A stretch of 64,000 nucleotides of DNA from the human T2T-CHM13v2.0 reference genome, Homo sapiens. Below, one piece after another: positions 53,155 to 64,000 of this stretch (positions within the stretch are counted from its first letter, which is position 1; every line of letters starts with the position of its first letter). Both the position numbers and the translations under genes were made by a program. Under the pieces are notes generated by a model. The model had not been told where the DNA came from and did not search any database. It was given only the letters and a program-made list of their open reading frames with translations. The stretch lies in the NCBI RefSeq assembly GCF_009914755.1, contig NC_060929.1; one strand, given 5' to 3'.

Positions 53155-56100
53155 CTTGCCCTCTAGTCATTTTATCTCACTGTTTCCCACTATTTCCATT
53201 CTTTATATACTGACTTTATCTCATGAATATTTCTGTTTTGGTAACCAAAGTCCTAGCATTCCTCCACAACTCTAGTGTTTCTAGCCCCACGATAACTCTA
53301 ATGATTATTCTATTATTTAATGTAGCTCACTTTTATCACCACTATTGTATTCCTGTGGAAACAGCATGGTCACTAATTTTCTGTGGGTTATTGCAGGAGT
53401 CTCCACCTTCAACTATCTGGTTCTACTATTGCACGTAATCAATCCTCCATCTTTTTTCCTAAAGTAATCCTTGTAGGACATAAATACAATCATGACTTCC
53501 CCTACTCAGAGCGCTGGAGAAGCTCTCTGACTGATAGCCCCCTGATATTACACAGGAGGTCCCACTTCTCCAGCCTTTCTGCTTATTGAGATCGACCTTG
53601 CTTCTATGACCCACCCACAGGCACCAGTCATAACAAACTCTTCCTTTTTTTTTTTCTAAACACACTTGAGAGTGTAGTGCTTCGGGTCTTTGTGAAAAAT
53701 GTTCTCTCTTACAGGAATTGTTCCATGCAGCAGCTACCAAATTTTCAGGACTCGAGTTTCCTTCTCCATGAACCCTACTTGGTTTCTTATGATACTCAGG
53801 AAGAATTGACCACTGTTTGTGTGCTGTACACCACTGCCTGTCATTACATCCTTCTGTGATAAGGCTTGTGTGTATGTGCACATCTGTGTGCACACGCACA
53901 TATATTCTTTCTCACAAGTAGACCTGATGGCTCACATCATATTCTTTTGGGGCTACCTATGTCAGCCCAGTTACTATTGACCAAATGATTATGCACACTC
54001 CCTTTATTGGGCAGATTTATTACTACTCAAGAAAAAGGAGCGTAAGTCATCAATTTCCAGCATAAATGCAAAATAAAAACAAAGCTTTGAAATAAAACAT
54101 ATGCAACATAGTATGGACAGGGTTTTGTTTTGATTCCTTTTTGATATGGATATATTTAACCAAATATTGTGGAATAATTCTCAATAGTCAGATAAATAAA
54201 AAAGATGAATGATTCATGTTTGGTTCAGATGAAACTGTTTATGATAATGTTCCTGTATTTTCTTTCATTGTTCAAAGCAGGATGCCATAATATGTATAAT
54301 AATTTATTTCTGTGGTTTAGTTGGAGTAAATCTACAGTATATTGCTATCGAGAGTAATAAAAATCAATAAGCTCGTGAGTGTTCCTGACATTTTCACTTG
54401 TGTGATCTCATACACATTTCATAAAGTAAAATATTTTTATTTAACTTTACAAAAAAAACAAGGAAGTCACAATTTTGAGCCCATAGGTAAAAACATACCA
54501 GAAATGACAAAGTGGAATTTTTAGCCATGCAGATATGAAATAATGGAATAATAAATAATTACAGAGATTTTGAATTTTGTTAAGCAAACATGATAAAAGG
54601 CTGAAAATTTTATTCAGCAACCTCCTGGCAAAAGAAAAGTGGGTGAGTGGATGGTGTTTTGAGTGTAACTCTTCAAGTTTCTCTATTACCTTAGGTGATA
54701 ACTACTGTCCCAGCAGCTACCAGAGGCCCAGACAGAAGAGCACAGCAGGGGATCCAGCTGCATGGGTGGCTTCAGGAGGCACAGCTTCAATGACACAACC
54801 ACAATGTGCAAGTGTAACAGTTTTGATTACTCACAGGTCCTCAAGTCAGGCAGGGCAACAAGAGCGGGCACACAGCAGTCCCCACTCCAGGTCTCATTTA
54901 GCAACAGCAACCACAGGCACGTAGCAGCAGCCTTACCCTATTTAATGGTCACCTGGGTGGGTGTCCTACTGTGCCGAGTAACTTTCTATTGCTTATGGCA
55001 AACAATTCTAATGATAAAGGCAGTTCAGCAATTTGGGGGCAAAGCTGGGGTTAAAACAGGGCTCTGCGGAGGAATTTCTTATCTGTGTTGATCAGCCTTG
55101 GCCAGGCCTAGGCAGCAGCAAAGTCTGACTTCGCCATCACTCCTGACACACGTGGTGAACATTGAATTTAATGCATGTTATCAAGTAGCATATGAGTTTT
55201 CCTCCCCAAGTCAAATGGTGGCAAATGCAGGTAAATAATGAAGAGCTGAACAATCATTTAGTTCAGAAAGTAAGTATCTAAAAGAGCTCTTACTTTGAAA
55301 ATATAGTAAAATATGACAGCTGTGAGGCTCCAGAAATATTACAGTTACAATAGATAGTCAAAAAAAGGATTACTACTCACAGGACCTACCAAATATTCTT
55401 TAATATACAAAGAATACTTGTGTTATAATTATTGCTTTAGATTTAGATCTGTGAATTAATAGTAACAAGGCACCTTAGTCCGTGGGCCTCTTCTAAAGTA
55501 TGGGGGTAAGGCTTGCCAGTAAGTTCCTCCTGGAGCAGCCTATGTGATCAGTTCGTTGTGAGTTCTTGTATTGCTGAATAGGATTCTGATTTTCCATTCA
55601 GGATCAGTGAGAGATGTGGCTATTAATTAGCCATTAGAATATGAGACAGGCTGGAAACTGCTAAGGACTGAGTATTTGTCATCTGTGCTTCAGGATTGAG
55701 CAGTCTTCAAAGATGAACTTCATTCACCTTTGTCTTACACAGCATATAAAATAAAGATTTGTATAGCAAACCTTTGTAGAATGATGAGTGAAATAATAAA
55801 CAGAAAATAAAAATTAACTTTATACTGAGTGGTATTTTCTGGCTATATATGGATCCTCTGATAACCATTAAATAAATGGAAGGTTCCTGAACAATGGATC
55901 ACAGCCAGCTCATAAAATTCTCCTATAAAGTTTTGACCAAAATAACCTGAGAATGTTTATCTTAATATCCTAGACTTCCATGTATCTCAGTAAGTTTTTA
56001 AAACTATACTATTACTCTATAATAAATCCAGAAAAAAAGTGTATACATTGGGCTTAATTTTCTATTAATATATCATTTAATATATATTCTAATAGAATAT

Positions 56101-57052
56101 TCAAAAAGAATATTAGAATATCAGTTCTATGAAGGCAATCTACTATTTAACAGAGATTTAAAGTGAAATTATCATATGAGAACTTTTTGTAATATTTGGA
56201 ATCTATCTTCATTTTAAAGTGAAATATATATATATTATACATGTAATATATAACATATATAATAGAGTTTAAAGACTAAAAAGAAGTTAGTTTAGTGAAT
56301 ACTAGAAACAAGCAGATGAAATGGGATCTTACAGCCATGAATTTTGCCTCCAATCTGAGCAAAATGCAGACAATGGAGGATTTTTCAGGATGTCATCTAT
56401 GTCTTTGGAGCATCATTCTTGCTGCTGAGTTGAAAAGAGATGCTTGGAGGGGCAAGTTTGGAAACAAAAAAGTCATTAAGTGTTATAGAAACTATTTCTG
56501 TAATTTATGTATAAAATTGTAGTGTCTTGCACCTAAATGATAGTAGGGAAGATGCTCAGAGGTGGTCAAATCAAGGACGTATTTCAAAGGTAGAGCTACC
56601 TAACAATGTTTCCCAACAGGTGAGATGTGTCGCACTAGAGAAAGAGGTGGGTCAATGACGAATACCAGGAATTTCACCTGAGAAAATGGAAAGATGGATA
56701 AATGGGGAAAAGAAGGCAGCTATGAGGAAAGATCTAGTGCTGTTTTGACACAGTAAAGGTAAAACGTGTATTAGATGTTTTCAGGGGGCTACTGAGCAGG
56801 ACATCACTCATATAATTCTAGGAGTTTGAGAGAGGGATGTGACCTAGTGATACAGGTTGGACATCATCAGCACATAATAGATGGCATTTAAAGTTATGAA
56901 AATGAGAAAACCAAGGGAGGAGCTATTGAAAGAGAAGCAAAGAGAACAAAAGACTAAGCCTCAAGTTACTCCAAAATTAAACATTGAAAAGAAAAGGAGA
57001 AACCATCGACATAAACTTAACAAGGAAACCAGGAGTATTACGTCTTCAAGGC

Positions 57053-57422
57053 TGTATTAATTCGTTGTCACACTGCTATAAAGAACTGCCTGAGATGGCA
57101 TGATTTATAAAGAAAAGAAGTTTAACTGATTCACAGTTCACCTGGCTGGGGAGGCCTCAGGGAACTTACAATCATGGCAGAAGGGGAAGCAGGCACTTTC
57201 TTCACAAAGCGGCAGGAAAAAAAAGAAGTAGGAACTTCCAAACACTTATAAAACCATCTGTTCTCATGAGAACTCACTCACTATCACAAGAACAGCATGG
57301 GGGAAACCAATCCCATGATCCAATTACCTCCCATCAGGCCCCTCTTTCAACACCTGGGAACTACAATTTGGATTGCAATTTAAGATCACATTTTGGTCAG
57401 GCCACAGAGCCAAACCACAGCA
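57053..57422 (-). mobile_element. THE1C/D-like solo LTR
   Basis: TGTATTAATTCGTTGTCACACTGCTATAAAGAACTGCCTGAGA...GAGCCAAACCACAGCA. TSD AAGGC at 57048-57052 and 57423-57427. Confidence 0.9.
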
Positions 57423-57971
57423 AAGGCCAAGTGAAAAAAGAGTACTAAGGATGAGGCAGTGATCATCTATGTCAAATGCTGCCAAATAGTGTAAGGATTG
57501 AGAATTGATTCTCAGATTTCATGGTGTGAAGGTTATCCTGAACTTGAGAGCAGTCCTGGCACAGGGTTAGGGCAAGGCCTTTATGGAGAGGGTTTAAAAG
57601 TCAATAGGAACATATGAATTCAATGAAGCAAGTGCAGAAAAGTATATGGAGAAATTTTGTTATAGTGGGAAACAAAGCAAAGGGACAATAGTTGGTGGGA
57701 AGGTAGAATAAAGAAAGGATTATTATTTAAGATGGGAGATAGAACGTGACTTTTGTTGAATAATGTGAATAATCCAGTAGAAAAAGAAATGTTGCTGATA
57801 TAAGAAAGGAAGGGGAGAGAGTTGGTTAAGCTTTGCCCTGGAATAGAAAACAGGGAATGAGGACAAATGCAGCAGTGGAGATACCTGCATTAGAGTATCT
57901 CAAAGTAGCTGCAAAGTTCATATTTTCTAGTGGAAAGTCAGAGTGTGTGGGTGCAGATGCCAGTTGATGGG

Positions 57972-58321
57972 TGATATGGTTTGGCTGTGACCCACCCAAA
58001 TTCCCCTTGAATTGTAATAATCCCCACATGTCAAGGGTGGGGCCAGGTGGAGATAATTGAATTATGGGGACAGTTTCCCCCATACTGCTCTTATGATAGT
58101 GAATATGTCATGACATCTGATGGTTTTATAAAGGGGAATTCCACTGCAGAAGCTCTGTTTTGCCTGCCACCATGTAAGATGTGACTTGCTCCTCCTTGCC
58201 TTCCACCATGATTGTATGGCCTTCCAGCCATGTAGAACTGTGAGTCCATTAAATTTCTTTCCTTTGTAATTACCCAGTGTTGAGTATGTCTTTACTGGCA
58301 GTGAGAGAAGAGACTAATACA
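57972..58321 (+). mobile_element. THE1B/C-like solo LTR
   Basis: TGATATGGTTTGGCTGTGACCCACCCAAA...GACTAATACA. TSD ATGGG/ATGAG. Confidence 0.9.
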
Positions 58322-60554
58322 ATGAGCATCACTGCTAGTGGGTGTCTGTGAAAGTTCTCTTTTTATTAATGAGGGAAGAATGGTTGCCTTTTGAGAGTTA
58401 GCATGAGAAAAGAAAAACGTGTTTGAGAGTGTAAGGTATGAAATTGTCACACAGGAGAGTAGGAAAGTAATCAGAGAAAGGATGTGTAGTATGATTGCCA
58501 GGTAGCATGGCAGGCCCACGTGACATTAGTGATCATGTGTTAGATGTGACATCAGCCAAGCTGGTGTTGCATTTTTATCTAGCCCTTGTCAGTTATACAG
58601 ATGCAGTGCACAGCAGGCAGAAATTTGCCCAGAAAGCATAAAGCAAAGCAAAAGCTGGGCACAAATTTCAAAAATATAAAATGTAACAAGAATATGATTC
58701 CACTTTCTTAGTTTACAATTCTATTTTTAATTCCGTTTCTAATTTTTTTGTCTACTTTCCCATCTTTTGGTCTTTGCAGAGTGGCATATGTTCTTTTAAA
58801 AATACCAAACAGCTCTTAAAAACTTCTGTCCTCTTTAAGAGTTTATTTTCAGGGATATTATCTTTTTGTTGGTCTCAGTACTTTCTCAGAAACTTATGTT
58901 TCTTCATTTTCTTTAATTATTCTAAAACAAGATATGATATGTCTGACCAGTCTTGGTATGTGTTATCAGAAGGTACTCTGTATATGTTACTAGGGTATGG
59001 CTGATAGCTAGATCATCTTCCCCACTCACAGCTAGAGACAGGCCAGTGGATACTACAAACGCCCATCTTATTCCCAATATTTCCATATATGTTCACGGTA
59101 GTGGTTATTATATTTAATGTCTGTTAACAGGTGCTTTTGATATTGTTTTTAAATTACTATTCTCATTTCCAGAAGTTAAACAAAACCCGGCAGCTAAGAG
59201 TGGTGAATCCACACATACCTGATCATAAAGCTTCTGTGTTACTGAAGTGAGATTTAAACTTTTATTGTTGTTCTGTTGACAATAAGATTCTCTTTACAAC
59301 CATTTTATAGTGTAATATGTTTGCCTAGAGTTAAACTGATAGTACCAGGACTTTAAGTTGGTACTGTCCTTTGCAATCTATGCTTGTTGACCACAGGCCA
59401 ACCCTTCAGCTCTTGGCCAGAGATACTGCACGTGGCAAGACATCCTACTGTTGCTTTTTTGGTACTCTTTTATTCTAACCTGCATTCATTAAACACATGC
59501 TCATTTATCACTCTTTCCCAAATATTGAATAATGTTTTTCCATTATATTAAATGCCAATATCATTTTTCAACCTAGGAATCACTCTTTTCAACTTTGTTG
59601 CCTTGAGTGAGAATATTTATTATATTTTTTGTTTCTGCTGTCAATTTAAGAAGTCACAGAATATAATGATAACAACTATTTCTATCCAAGTCTTTTTGAC
59701 ATCATTTGATCATTTGACTAAGCCATGCATGGTTGTTCATTGTGTAGCATAATTTTGCAATAAATTGAGGATGTTTTTGGCAGTATTATTATGAAAGGAC
59801 CAACAGGATTTTGAGGTTTATTTAAGTGCCATTTGCTTCAAGTTTTAGTACACTATTTTTAAATTTTGAGAATGATGAATGCTTAATTGACACATTATAA
59901 CCAAGCACAATGAATATATTGAAGTTATAATTGGAAAATTAGAACAGAAGTGATCATTAATCTCATTATGATTAATAGAGAAAAGGAGTCTGAACGTTTC
60001 TTTCAATGTTCTCTTGTGTGAAATTTAAAACTATTCTCCAAGTTCTAACTATAAAAATGTAGTTGTTCCAAATCCCATGTAAACTTCAGGATCATAATGA
60101 ACTTTCCGCTTTTTAAAAAGGAATTTCATAGATTTTTTTGTTATTGTTGCTTCTTTCTTCACTCTGACTTATTTTTGTTACTGTCAGTTACAGTTCTTGT
60201 GTTCAGAAATTTTATCTTCGAGGCTCTGACTCTCCTGAGCATGGCTGTTTGAAGTGAAAACTAAGCATAATTTATGACCTCAATACTTTATGCATGATTC
60301 TGAAAAAGTTAAGGTCAAAGGTTTAATCTTCATAAATTCAGGATGATGCCAGACAAATTAAGATAAAACAAAATGATATGTACTACTCAAAGTAAAATTG
60401 CATAGCTCAATGTAATCCTTCATATCTACCAAAAATAAATATGTAAATAAACAAACATACACGTCTGCATTGCAATAGTGCGGTAGTGTGCTTACAGATG
60501 AATGTATCACAGTAATTTACAATAGTGAAAATTAGGTCCTATTTAATCTACTTG

Positions 60555-61075
60555 CTCTTCTAATTAGCTTTCCTATATAATAAACAACCCCAAATTTTGC
60601 TGCATAAAATACTAATTTGATATTCTCGGGTATTGCAGGGCTCAGGAACTCAGGAAGTCCACAGCAGATGACACTTCTCTGTCCCATGACATCTCAGATG
60701 TCCGTGACTGGGAAATGGAACACCTGGACTGGGACAATCTGAAGGCTGATGCAACTAAAGTTTTTATCCAAGTATCCAGTTGTTGTCTGTCAGCATGGTT
60801 TGGGCTTGTAACAGCATAAGAGCATGTTGAAAGGGGACCTCTGGGAAGAAAGCTTTTCAATATCACCAAGTAGAGGCTCCATGACTTTTTCTGACTTAAT
60901 CCACGAGTCAAGGCATTGATTGCATCATACTCTATTTGTCTCAGGAAACCAAAGCCCACACAGTTTCAAAGGAAAGTGACATGATTCAACCTTTTACTGG
61001 ATGGAGGGACAAAGTCATACGGTAGATGTGGAAATTATGTTAATGCTGCTCCCACTTTTGGAAAATATAATTTAC
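60555..61075 (-). mobile_element. Old MLT1 (H/J-like) LTR
   Basis: TAAACAACCCCAAATTTTG...GGGCTCAGGAACTCAGG...CACTTCTCTGTCCCATGA...TTTTGGAAAATATAATTTACA. Confidence 0.6.
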
Positions 61076-61449
61076 AATCCTTGAGTACTTAACAATTTTG
61101 CTTCTGTATCTGAGTGTGTACAGTCACATGGATACAGAGCATACTCAAATACTACATGTAAAATCACATTTATGCAAATAACACAAATATGCTGAAATCT
61201 GCCTCTGTGCTGCTACCTGGAACTCAGCTTATACTTCAAATATTTTTATGAATTATTAATAAGGAAAATCTGTATTAGTTATATTATGATAACAGTTCTT
61301 TTAGCATATGAATAACAAGTTTCCATCAAAATTATAGTATTGAAGATGAAATTCGGAGTCAACTTTTTTTCCATACATTAAGTGGTGAAATAGCTTAAAA
61401 TGAAATGGAAAAAAGTTAAAAGACTTGTACCATCATGCTAGAATAAGAC

Positions 61450-62890
61450 TTTTCTATTTTTATTTTATTTTATCAGATTCAGGGGGTACCAGTGCAGTTT
61501 TGTTGCAAGCATGTATTACATAGTGTTGAAGTCTTGGCTTTTGGTGTACCATCACCCGAATAGTGAACACTGTACACTATAGATAATTTGTCAACGCTCA
61601 TCCTGCCTTCCCATCCTCCCCTATTTTGGAGTCCATAGTATCTGTTGTTCTTCTCTGTATGTCCCTGTGTACCCATTGTTTAGCTTAAACTTATATGTGA
61701 GAACAAGTGGTCTTTGATTTTCTGCTTCCCAGTTATTTCACTTAGAATAATGGCCTCAGCTCCATCCATCTTGCTGCAAAAGATGTGATTTCATTCTTTT
61801 TATGGTTGTGTAGTGTTCCATCATAAACACACACACACTATATATATATATGTTATATATTATATGTATATAAAATTATATTTTTTATCCAATCAACCAT
61901 TAATGGGCACAAGTTGATTCCATGGCTTTACTATCGTGAATAGTGCCATGATAAGCATACAAATGCAAGTGTCTTTTTGATATAACGATTTATTTTCCTT
62001 GGGGTGAGAATGCTGGATCAAATGGTAGTCCTACTTTTAGTCCTTTGAGGGTTTTTTATAGTGGCTGTAATAATGTACATTTCTACCAACAATGTAAGCA
62101 TTCCCTTTTCTCTGCATCATTGCCAATATCTGTTGTTTTTTGAATTTTTCTTTATAGCTATTCTGATTTGTGTAAGTTGGTGTCTCATTGTGGTTTTAAA
62201 TTGTATTTCTCTGATGATTAGTGATATTGAGAATTTTTCCACGTTTGCTGGCTACTTGTATGCCTGAAAATGAGAAATGTCTGTTCATGTCCTTTGCTTG
62301 CTTTTTAATGAAGGTATTTGTTTTTTCTTTGTTGAGTTGTTTGAGTTTCTCATAGATTCTGGATATTAGTCCTGTTTTGGATGCATAGTTTGCAAATACT
62401 TTTTCCCATCCATTCTGTAAGCTGTCTTTTAACTCTGTTGATTCTTTTCCAATGCAAAAAGTTTTTAGTTGAATTAAGCCTCATTTGTCTATTTTTGTTT
62501 TGTTGCATTTGCTTTAAGGTCTTAGTCACAAACTATTTGCCTAGGCCAATGTCCAGAAGAGTAAAAAGCTGGAGGCATCATATTGTCTGACTCAAATTAT
62601 ACTACAGAACCATAGTCACTAAAACAGCATGGTATTGGTATAAAAACAGAAACATAGATCAAAGGAATAGAATAAAGAACTCAGAAATAAAACCACATAT
62701 CTACAACGAATTGATTTTCAACGAAGTTGATTAAAAAATACACTGGGGAAAGGATGCCCTTTTCAATAAACGATATTGAGAAAATTGGATAACCATATTT
62801 AGAAGAATGAAACTAGACAAATATCTCTAATCATAGGCATAAATTAACTCATGATGGATTACAGACTTAAATGTAAGACCTAAAACTACA
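61450..62890 (-). mobile_element. L1PB-like element with 5' inversion
   Basis: Antisense 3' end/ORF2 at 61450-62560, then sense ORF2 (AAAGCTGGAGGCATC...GTAAGACCTAAAACTA) at 62563-62889. Flanking direct repeat AGAATAAGA at 61440-61448 and 62890-62898. Confidence 0.88.
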
Positions 62891-64000
62891 GAATAAGATG
62901 GTTTTCTTTAAAAGTTTTAAGATGAAATTCAGTCAAGTATAAAAAGTTTTTGTAATATTGTCTTCTATATGCACTATGAGCTGATGTGATATCAGAAAAG
63001 TAATCTATCCAAAGAAAAATATTAACAACAGTTTACTACAAAATGTATTTTTGACACTCTGTCTATAATCATAAAGATTTTCTTTGGTAATCACAGGGCA
63101 GCTGTACTGAGAGTAATTTGTTTTCTTAGCCTGTTTTTTTTTTTTAATTTACTGCTTAGTATTTTTTACATAAAATATAACATATATGAAATGTATGGAA
63201 ACATAGACTCCCACCATGCTGTCACGTTTCCTTTTACTAGATGAAAATCTCTTTTCCTTTAGCAAAATTTCCATTTAAAACTTACAGATCAAGTGAATAT
63301 CTGTATTTAATTATATGGATTTCCAAAAATATAACTTATTTGATAAAACATTTAACTAAAATAGATCTGTTAAGACTAAAATAACTTTGTAGATTATTAT
63401 TAACATCTAAGTTTATGCTTTATTCATTATTCAGATAGATGAAATTGTTCAGCAATGATCATCAACTGCTGTTGGATAATTACAAATAGAAAAAGTAAAG
63501 GTCATTTCAACAAGGCTAATGGTAACCTTATTTTAATGGAATTTCCAGATAATAAAAACCAGTAGGTTAAAAGATTAATGAGATAGAGAAAAAAAAGACA
63601 GTGAGCATATTCAAGATCTTCATTGTCCAGTTGAGAAGAGATTTAACTGCAGTTTGAAGCAAGCATGGAGCCAATAGAAGGTATTGATTTTTCATTTTCT
63701 TATTTTTAAGATGACAGATACTAGAATATTTTAAATTCTTTGTGGAAAAACCCAGTGGAGAAAGGAGCTAATAATACCAGACATTTTACAGAAAGAAAAG
63801 CGATCAAGGTTCCTAAGTAATGGAGAATAAGTTTATGAAAAAGGATTTGCTTAGACACAAAGAAAAGGGCAGCTCTTTTTTGTTTTGAGATAAAATACTA
63901 TTAAATGCTAAAAAGAATATTAAACTTACATTGCCTAAATATGAATCCTAAAGTTTTGACATAATAAAAGGTGTTACAGAGTAATCTAGAAAAAACAGTG

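Larger units (their letters stand above)
56320..58560 (-). mobile_element. L2 fragments hosting two THE1 LTRs
   Basis: Purine-rich antisense L2 motifs TATTTCAAAGGTAGAGC, CATCAGCACATAATAGATGGCATTTAAAG and TGTCAAATGCTGC. Confidence 0.6.

Noticed and set aside
56083-56120. AT-rich inverted repeat (TATTCTAAT...ATTAGAATA)
   Set aside because: Short and low-complexity; expected by chance in AT-rich DNA.

Overview
This is primate (human-like) nuclear DNA. It is AT-rich and repeat-dense, with no host protein-coding exon, CpG island or CRISPR-like array that I can recognise. The main landmark is a ~4-kb nuclear mitochondrial insertion (NUMT, ~2491-6497) in mitochondrial gene order: ND5 stop, ND6, tRNA-Glu, CYTB, tRNA-Thr, tRNA-Pro, complete control region, tRNA-Phe and 5' 12S rRNA. 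It runs through the mtDNA numbering origin, carries ancestral-looking sequence states, and has an AluY-like insertion at the D-loop/tRNA-Phe boundary. The rest is a mosaic of L1 (three with 5' inversions), Alu, L2, MIR, MaLR LTRs, an LTR18 solo LTR, MER DNA transposons and a rearranged ERV-L provirus (45969-52610). The most unusual structure is in that provirus: its pol gene is split by a 2.19-kb foreign segment that begins with a 93-bp inverted copy (91/93 identical) of DNA lying just downstream. I see no evidence of a new functional biological system; the findings are mainly fossils of genome rearrangement. Repeat subfamilies were assigned from remembered consensus sequences and need RepeatMasker/Dfam confirmation.
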